Shown here: piece after piece, positions 38,100-64,000 of the stretch
Layout: every line of letters starts with the position of its first letter
Numbering within the stretch: the stretch's first letter is position 1
Source of the DNA: Gordius albopunctatus
Lineage: Eukaryota
Direction: 5' to 3'
Length of the DNA stretch: 64,000 nt
NCBI GenBank assembly: GCA_964276515.1
Contig: OZ193909.1
Location: 8,804,001-8,868,000 of the forward strand
The notes under the pieces: model-generated
Told to the model about the DNA's origin: nothing
The model's database searches: none
The model's input: the letters and a program-made list of their open reading frames with translations, nothing else
Made by a program: the position numbers and the translations under genes

Positions 38100-39839
38100 T
38101 GGCTAGTACCTTTTTTCGAACGTTTTCGTGAGTATTTTTTTATCTTCCCGATACAAAACTTTCTGTTGAACTATAAAAATTATAAAGTTAGCTTATGTGC
38201 ATCTATAAAGTTTGATGTGATGCTTAAAGCACACCTAAAAATATTCCAATGATTCAGACCAGTTTACAAATTGCTAAAAAGTGTTCTCAGCCATTTACAT
38301 TTTCGCGTTTATTATAGAACTTGATATAAAAACAATATAGGCAAAAACGCATAATTTGATGAAAGATTGAGTTATTTGTCAATTATATATCATACCTATA
38401 TATATGATGTATTTTTGTTAAGCAAAGTTTTTTCCAATATATTTTACATTAGGTAATTGCCATAAAAAATTTGTGCAATTAAATAAATTACATAAATAGT
38501 TTTTGTTGTTAAAACTTTTTAAAATTGTTACCCTATGTATAGTAAGATCATAAATAATACAATAGGTTTTAACAAATTTATCGCTATGCCATTATTAATT
38601 CAAGGCTAATTTAGGTTTTTGTAAACAACCTATAAAATTTTACAAATCAAAAAAATTATTTAGTATGAAAAACTCAAAACTTTGTTAATAATGTGTTTAA
38701 ATGAACTAATTTAACATAGGTTTAAACTTTGCCTTAACTGATGCTTTAAAATATAGAACGTAAATATATTGAGTGGAGCGATTGAATTTTTCCACAGCTC
38801 AACAAAAATTTAACCATAAAATTTTCTATTGGTAGATTAAAAGGTATTACATCTTTCCAAACATCAAACTAGGCCCAATTTTATGAACCATGATTTTTAT
38901 AAATTATTACACAACTTGTGGAAAAAAGTACAATGAAATGTACAAAAAAGTTATGTTTGTTATATGTAAGTGTATTCCTGTTTCAAAGGTGTATGTATCA
39001 GTTTTATGCTTTTTTGATAATATTAAATAAGATGCTAATAGTTTCTGATGTATCTGTTATTCTTTAATTTTTAATAACCTTTTTCTATTAAATTACTACA
39101 AATTTAAGTTGACAGACTGAAACATACCAAAATTTTAAGCAAATTTAGATCAGTATAATATTCAAGAGTAAAAAACATATAATATTCACAAGGTTATATT
39201 AATATTTAATGGCCATCATGCATCACCTTAACCACAAAATCTTATTTAATTAAAATAAATATAGATTTAAAGACTCATCAGAGCTTTAATTAAAAATTTA
39301 GGGAATCACCCACTCCCTTTAGGTACTCTTGCATATGCCACATTATGACCAAAACTAACTGAGATATGCAAAAAATATTGGAAATTATAAAAACTAACAA
39401 AATATTTTCATATTAAAAACTATAATATATAAAATTTGGCATAATGACATACCAAAGGGATCGAATAATATTTTTTCAAGTTTTACAACTTGTTTGGGTC
39501 GAAAGAAATAATATTTGTGACCTGTTCCAGCAAGACTTTTTAGGGCTACTAGAGTTAATCTACAAGAAGATTTAATTGCATTACACTTTGTACCTACTTT
39601 TCTTTGGCCATATATTAATTTATAAAAATTGCATATTAGCCACAGACTTAATTTTGAAAAGAGAAGAAAAGTGTTATGGATATATGGTCGAAAAATAAAA
39701 CGTTGCCTAAGTTTAGAAACACCACTTAATGTAATGTGGCTATTAAATTAACTGAATTGAATAACCGTCTACTAAAAAATATTTTATAATCTTAGATATT
39801 GGGTGATGATAGAATAAATGAGCGATTATGGCTAATAAT

Positions 39840-40110
39840 TAGAGCCCTGCAAAAGAGAATTTTTTCTGCCCGAGCCCGGCCCGACTTTTAAATTTATATT
39901 TTGACCGAGCCCGGCCCGAAAGACTTTTTTATTTATGGCCCGACCCGATTTTTAAAATAAAATTTTTGTAAAATTATATTCTTCAATTTTTTTACTATCT
40001 AGATATAAAATGCTTTATATTGTTATTACTCGTAATTTAGAACTAGGATAAGTTTGAAATAAAAATTCCATTTTCACTTGTTACAGTTTATTCAGCTAAA
40101 AAGTAAAAAC
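39840..40110. mobile_element. Truncated copy of the TAGAGCCCTG MITE family
   Basis: One terminus TAGAGCCCTGCAAAA and a body that is reverse-complementary to about 26240-26457; second terminus not found. Confidence 0.7.
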
Positions 40111-41074
40111 AATAGGGAAAAAATCATTTTTAAATGTTTTACCCTAAGTTGGTTCTACCAGTTAGAGGTTTAACATTTTTATTTTAGCTATTTAATTTTG
40201 CCCTATAGAGCGTCGAAAAGGGCCAAAAACGGTCATTTTCGCAACTTTGAATCTAAATATTTCAAAAACTTGATGTATAGGAAAAAAACGAAAAACATAT
40301 TTGTGTTCACCACAAAAAACTCATGTTGACCGTTTCCCGGTTGATTTTTTTGTATACCAGTGTAATCAACGCGAGAGAAAAACTATTTTATTTAATGTTA
40401 CGTTATGACTTAATTAAATTGTAAACAACAATGCTTTAATTATAAACGCACAAAAATTTCTGTGTATAATAATAATGTTAATAACAAAACCAAAATTAAA
40501 AAATTAGAAAAATTTTCCATAAGGAAAAAAAATCAAAATGAATTTAATTTAAATAATTTTTACTTGATATTATACCGAGTAAATAATCTTGTATTCCCCA
40601 CACTTTAGCTATCACCAAATATTTTATACCTTCTTTAATTAACCGACGGCGGCTATACACAATATTTTATCTCTCAACAATATTAATGACCTTGTTATGA
40701 TTTTCAATCGCCAAATTTTCAATCTATATATCTTTCTATTTTATTCCACACAATAATTCTTTTAAAAAACAAACAATCTACGGTATAATTTCGATATATG
40801 TGTATAATTCCCAAAAATGATCTTTTTTTATAATCACGATTCTTTTAAAACAATGAATCAGCATAATCATAATAATGATAATAAAAATATACGATTACGC
40901 GTTTCTATATCCCGCGTTTATTATAATGGCATTCTTAATGGCTCGTAACAAATGACAAAATGCGTGTGTTACAAAAATAGCATCTCTTTGATGGCTTAAC
41001 AATGATTTTCACAAATAGAAGGAGGAGGATGATTTGACAAAGATTAACACAAAAATAGAATTTACAATAATATT

Positions 41075-43850
41075 AGTAAGTAAGTAAGTTTGCCGCGAAG
41101 ACGCCCAAGAGCTTAGTTAGTGCAATCTAAGGTTGAGCCCCTTCTAACGCCAAATGGCGCATCAGGCCACGTTAGTGATAACGTGCGTAAGTATGCTGTA
41201 AAAAAATGATTAACATGCTGTGTAATTATGACATCTAAATATGTAATACCTGTTGACCTGAAAGTAATGTAAAGCCTTTAATGCTAGGTCGTAAATGAAT
41301 ACTGCGTGAGGAGATCCTTACTGGGGGAGCCGCAATAATTTGTTCTTTGAGAAGTCTTTCCAACGTTTGCTGTCTTGCATGATGGGCAGCAATGAATTCA
41401 AATCATGACCCATTGTTTGGACATCGCGGAACACCTTGTAAAGCCAGCTGCCATTGCATTTGCGACCTTTTAGCTGAGGTGGACACCAGAACAGGGAAGA
41501 TAGGCAGTAGTTGGTTCCCTTCCTCCGCACTTGATGTGCCAAAAAACCCCATTTTCTCGCGAGTAGAATATTTTTAATTGGAGCGATTTTGCAACGCACC
41601 CATAGATCCTCGTTGGTTATTCTCAACGGATAAAATATCCGGCAAACGATACGTAGCATTTTATTAAGACTGACTTGCAGCTTCTTTAAGCTAGGAGCCT
41701 TCAGCGACCAAGATTCGCAACCGTATAGGAGGATTGGTAGGATCGTGACTTTGTAAATCCTTATACGCGTCTGGAGCGTCAGTTGACGTGAGCGCCATAT
41801 CACCGAGCAAGAGTAGAACATGACCATGGTCCGACGGAGCTTCGATTCGGCATCCGCTTCGGCGTAGGTATCTGGAGTAAGCTCCACTCCCAAATATCAG
41901 ACTTTTTGAGATGCATTTATTACGATGTTGTTGATTACCAGAGTAGAGTTCGAGGGATCGTTTATGCAGATCATTGAGCATTTGTCGGGGTTTATAAGCA
42001 GTCCTCCTTGCTTGGCTTGGATGCTGAACCTGTCTAACATTAGTTGTGCTTTGGAGATAGAAGGGGTCACTAGACAAATGTCGTCTGCGAACAACAGGGA
42101 TGATATAGTAGTGCCGTTTAGTTTAATACCATCTGTCGGAAGTGTGGATCTCTTCATTATTAGATCCATCGCAATTATAAAGAGGAGAGGGGATAGCGGA
42201 CAGCCTTGCCTGACACCAGATGTTACTGGTAAGGGTTCCGATTTGTGGTGGAGGTGGGAGATAACTAGTTTCATGTTTTCGTCTTAGGCAAGCCTAAGAG
42301 GCATAGCGCTTCCCAAATGTATAGATGGCACAGCGAATCAAAAGCTTTAGCGATGTCTAAAAACACAAGAACCAGGGAGGGAACCGCTTGTCCGTGAAAT
42401 ATCCCATATGTTCCTTAAAGTTGTTATGTGCTCTGTCGTCGTACGGCACTTCCTAAAACCAGTTTGATTGTTTGTAATTATTTAATCCACCTCGCTGTAA
42501 ATTAGATTGTAAATAACCTTGATGAATATTTTTGATTCAAGGTTAAGTGGGCCTTTGAAGTTAACGATAAATCCTCTGTATATATCCACTACAGGGAATA
42601 AGGGCTGGGCCGATAAAATTGAACGAAAATGGTCTTCCCAAGCTTTGGTTTGGGCCAAGGAGTCGTTTGAGGCGCCAACTGTGCTTATGCTATTGTAGGC
42701 TCGTTTGGAGAATGTGTTATAGTTTAGGCTGTCTAGAATGGTAAATAGCTGGTGATTGTTATTGGAACGTGCTGCCGCTTCGGCCTCTGTGGTTTTTGCG
42801 TTAATAAACGCAATTTTATCTTGTCTGATGCTGGATTTAATCCGCTTGCTGAGAGCGGATAAGCATGCGTTTTTGAAAGGAAACTCATTTCTATCAAAGT
42901 AGATGTTAGATTTTGTCTTGAGGAGCCCAATTGTTTTTTCTGAAAACCATGTCTTTGTTCTAATTCGACACTGGTCCTTCAAGGGAATTGTAAATATTTC
43001 AGATATTTTTATGCTGTGGTCGTTTATCGACAGGTCGGAGAGATTGCTATTTTGGATTTTTAGGTGAAGGTGGTCCCTAAATTTAGGGTCTATTAAATTA
43101 TGTTTGTCACGGTCAGTGCGCCCGACGGATGAATTCAAGTCGCCAATTATAATTGGCACCGACTTGCGGCTTAATTCTTTGATTTTGTCAAAGAGAAGAC
43201 TGAAAAATTCGTTAATAACCTTAGTTTTGTAGGAGGATGTAGGGGCATAAACATTTATCACCGACAACACACGTACCCCTATTGTTAGATTGATTATAAG
43301 AATCCTTTCATTTACCCAGTCGATACTCAGAACGGGAAGACGTTTATTTATGAAAGTCGAAACCCCTGTTGCTGGATTATCTGTAAAACCCACGTGGTAA
43401 AGGGTGTACTCTGAGCTGCTGTCGATCCTAAAATGAGGAATCCGCGTCTGTTGTAGACAAAGGATGTCGAGTTTATGCTTTCTTGCATATGTTAACATCA
43501 TCTGTTGTTTGCCTTGGATCATAAGGGAATTGATATTTATAGAAGCTATTTTGATCTTTATTAGCTGTTAAGTTGGTGAGGACGAGGTAGGGGCAGAAAT
43601 TATGATCTGATGAGTTGAACCTTTCTTAAATTTATATATTTTGAGGTGTCGAGTTGCAGACTACGAGCCCTAGCCCAATTGTATGACGAAGTATTAATTG
43701 AACGGTTTCAAATCTCTTCTAAGAGTGAGGCTAGCCGAAAACGCATGACGATTAAAGTACTTAGCGGCTTGAATGACCTGGGTTTGATTTGGGGGTAAGT
43801 GGGTCTTAACCAAAGCTGATATAAGTAGAGCTACATGCTTTGTCACGGTT
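41075..43850 (-). mobile_element. Decayed APE-RT LINE (RTE-related), probably 5'-truncated
   Basis: APE (DILCLQQT, NVYAPT, IGDLNS), RT (GVRQGCPLSPLLF, LFADDI), C-terminal ILLYGCESW; multiple stops and frameshifts; (CTTA)n-type tail near 41075-41088. Confidence 0.88.
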
Positions 43851-44268
43851 CCATTTGATTATATAATGTTGATTATTCATAGTTCTTATTTAAAAGAATT
43901 GAGAATTGAATCAAAAAATTAAAAAAAAATACTGCAAAAAATTAAGAAATGATGATTTCGGAGCCTACAGCTCTAATTATTCGGCCATGGTCGGGCAAAA
44001 ACTTGATTAAAAAATGGAATTATATTTTAATTCGTCCAGCGGGCTTTTCCGACTAGGCATGTACAGATTTATAGTCATCAGAAGGAAACGTTTCCAAATT
44101 GTGCATACTCATTAGCTTTTGTAGAAGGGCGCGGGGCCGAAGTTGGTATAGGCTCTGTCTTTGAATAATAGCTTAGTTCAAATCCCGCTTTCAGCACTTT
44201 GTTTCAAAAAATGTAAATTATATCACATTGTTAAGACGTCTGTCAGGCTTGGATAGCCGAGCGTCACC

Positions 44269-44812
44269 TAGAGGCCTGCATAGTCACTTTTTTCAACCCG
44301 AACCCGACACGCAAGCGTTTTTAAAATTTTAACCTGAACCCGACCCGAAAGCGTTTTTAAATTTTCAACCCGAACCCAACCCGAAAGCGTTTTTAAACAA
44401 TAATAAATAATCATTTGTTAAGATTTTACCTTTCGTTATTCAACTTTTAATTGAATATTTACTTATATCTCTATGTAGTTAAATTTATAAATTACTCTAT
44501 TGACTATAAACAATAATACATAATCATTTGTTAATATTGTACCTTTCGTGATTCAGCTTTAAATTTGAATTTACCTCCAAATTAAACGAATTAAAAAAAA
44601 TAGAAAAGGAAATTGATTATATGAATGAATGATTATAATTAGTTATACAATTCGATATTGTTTTACAAAAATTATAGATAATAGCATTAATTTAACAAAT
44701 ACGTTTAGTTCATTTTGTAATGTAAGTGGCCCGACACCTAACTTGACCCGAAAGCGTTTTTAAATTTTTAACCCGAACCCGACCCGACTCGGGTGACCCG
44801 TGCATGCCTCTA
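44269..44812. mobile_element. hAT-type MITE with AACCCG subterminal repeats
   Basis: TIR TAGAGGCCTGCA / TGCATGCCTCTA; perfect 8-bp TSD GCGTCACC at 44261-44268 and 44813-44820. Confidence 0.9.
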
Positions 44813-46243
44813 GCGTCACCTCTCATCCAAATATCTAAAGAATATAACCATCTTGGTGTGACAAACAGCTATTGGAAATTAAGTTTTGTAAATTAATCAA
44901 ATAAATTGTCAATCATGGAGAAAATTGTGATCTGAAAGTAAAAAATAAAGCTAGGATAGAAAGCAACTTTAGACGATACAGAGAGAACATGGTTTTGCTA
45001 CAACGCCAGGGTGTAGCTTTTGTTAATAAGTATAATATCTTAATTTATAAAAGCATATCATTTGCAATTTCATGTAAAACGAGCTTAAATGTTAAATGAC
45101 AATAAGGCATCACATGTTAGCTTATTTATAATTGAGAATAAACTACGTTTTAAAAGCTTTGTATGTGTAGTGATGAACAAAAATAAATCTTTGCGACTTC
45201 ATCTTGTACACACGTCTGGTTTACTCTTTAAAATGAAATAACTTGCCTACTTAGTTATACAGTTTTTGCATTCCTAAATGTCCAACCTGTCTACTTGTTT
45301 ACCCTAGATCGGAATATTATTGGAGGGCCTAATAGTAAAGTTTTGTTGGGTTTCTGGCTGTTCTACATAATTTGTTTGAATATTACCGATATTCGTACAG
45401 CATATTGGAACCAACAAAAGTTGATAATCCGAACAATGCATATCTGAAAGGAGAAAGTAACACACCACAAAAAAGCCACCCAGGTCATTAAAGGCTGATA
45501 AAAAATTGCCCCACTATTTAATCCTTCCGTATAAGTTTCTTCCCCAATTATTGCTAATGAGTTTTCAGGAGTAGCGGTTGGATGTAGCTCCGCAATAAAA
45601 ATTATCAAACTAGCGGGGTATTTTAATATTCATTTGGGGGGGGGGCGAGGGAAGGGGTCATGATGCTAGCCAACCATTGTTAGATTATAATATAACGACT
45701 TATTGTGCTTTAGAGAGCTGCTTAGGTATTATGTGGTGATTGTTACTGGTACTTGGTGTGTATTATGTTATTAAAAATTTGATTAATAAATTTTGGTCTA
45801 AATATATTGACTGCACTCTAGCAACCATTATCAGATCAAAAAAGGCTACTTTCAAGTAATTTCTTTTACATCACTAGGATAATATACAGTAAAAAAACTT
45901 ATTACTGCAAGGATCACTAGAGACCCAGCCTCAGCAAGAAAGAGGTCAAAAATCATAAAAAATACGTGCGGTATAGTTAAAGCGATAGTTAATACGGTAG
46001 TAGCACATTTTCATGTTTTATATTTGTCCATATATTTCGTAAACGCTTGAAATGTATTTTATAATCATTTCCAGCTGCTTATTACTTTCGCCTTTTATAA
46101 AAACCTCAATCAATTATCGAGCATATTGACTGGCCTTACTTTTGGTTTATATAATTTAAATGCTCAAACCATAATGTGTATCGCTTAATTTTTCTATTTA
46201 TTATGATCAGCCTCTATAATCTATTGTGCTTATAATACAAGTT

Positions 46244-63434
<17,191 letters not shown>

Positions 63435-64000
63435 GATATGTTTTTTATTGCGTTACACACATTCTAATCCCAGCGATTTACCCGTACCTAGATACCTTAG
63501 CGCGCTTTAATGCTCTACCGACCGCTGTACATAAATTGCAACGAAATATAAACCTCTTATATCCCCCTCCCCCGATATCCATGTAAAATTTATATATTTG
63601 AATTAGCTAAGAAAAATGAAAGTTTCTCGCAAACTTCAGATTTGACTATGTGCTTTCAAAGTTAATCGTTGTACACAAGCCACTCATTCATTTATTTCGA
63701 CTTTCCTTTTATTCGCTTTTGTTAAATGTGATCAATAATTGATAATTTTTCCTTCAAAACCCCGGGTCGCCTTTAATATACCCACAAAACACCTCGAGAA
63801 CTATGGCATGAATATTGTTTGTTGCGGATACCTCACTCTCCTTCCCAAAATGCATACAACCGCCGTAATATATCGTTTCGCACCTGTAACGCCTTACGTT
63901 TATTCAATTCATTGAACTCTCAATATCGTATTATTTTCACTCGTGACTCTGTAGTGCAATTAATTACAATGACACTTATTATAATCTCCTACTTTTCCCC

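Noticed and set aside
44040..44095. Minus-strand CTGATGACTA...TAGTCGGAAA as a hammerhead ribozyme
   Set aside because: The core spacing is wrong (the conserved GA is consumed by the stem) and no cleavage triplet with flanking stems is evident.

Overview
This is AT-rich animal (invertebrate) nuclear DNA, not prokaryotic, so most short ORFs in the track are exons, transposon fragments or noise. By manual splicing I reconstruct four host genes: BORA (minus, 496-7961), 4E-T/EIF4ENIF1 (plus, 20016-24747), GPN3 (minus, 36566-38099) and calcineurin A (plus, 46244-63434). Many of their introns are only 33-46 nt and several end in AAG. The rest is dense, nested transposon sequence: two decayed APE-RT LINEs, a CRE-like RLE fragment, several hAT transposase relics, about ten hAT-type MITEs with 8-bp TSDs, a non-autonomous Helitron, a foldback-type MULE with a 9-bp TSD and a piggyBac-like MITE. 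The strongest signal is a twister self-cleaving ribozyme core at 8190-8236. It shows two compensatory base-pair changes and lacks P1. Its predicted cleavage site coincides with the 5' end of an RTE retrotransposon inserted head-to-head about 230 bp upstream of BORA. Also notable are DNA transposases carrying host-sized mini-introns. All gene and family calls come from motif recognition by eye; no searches were run.
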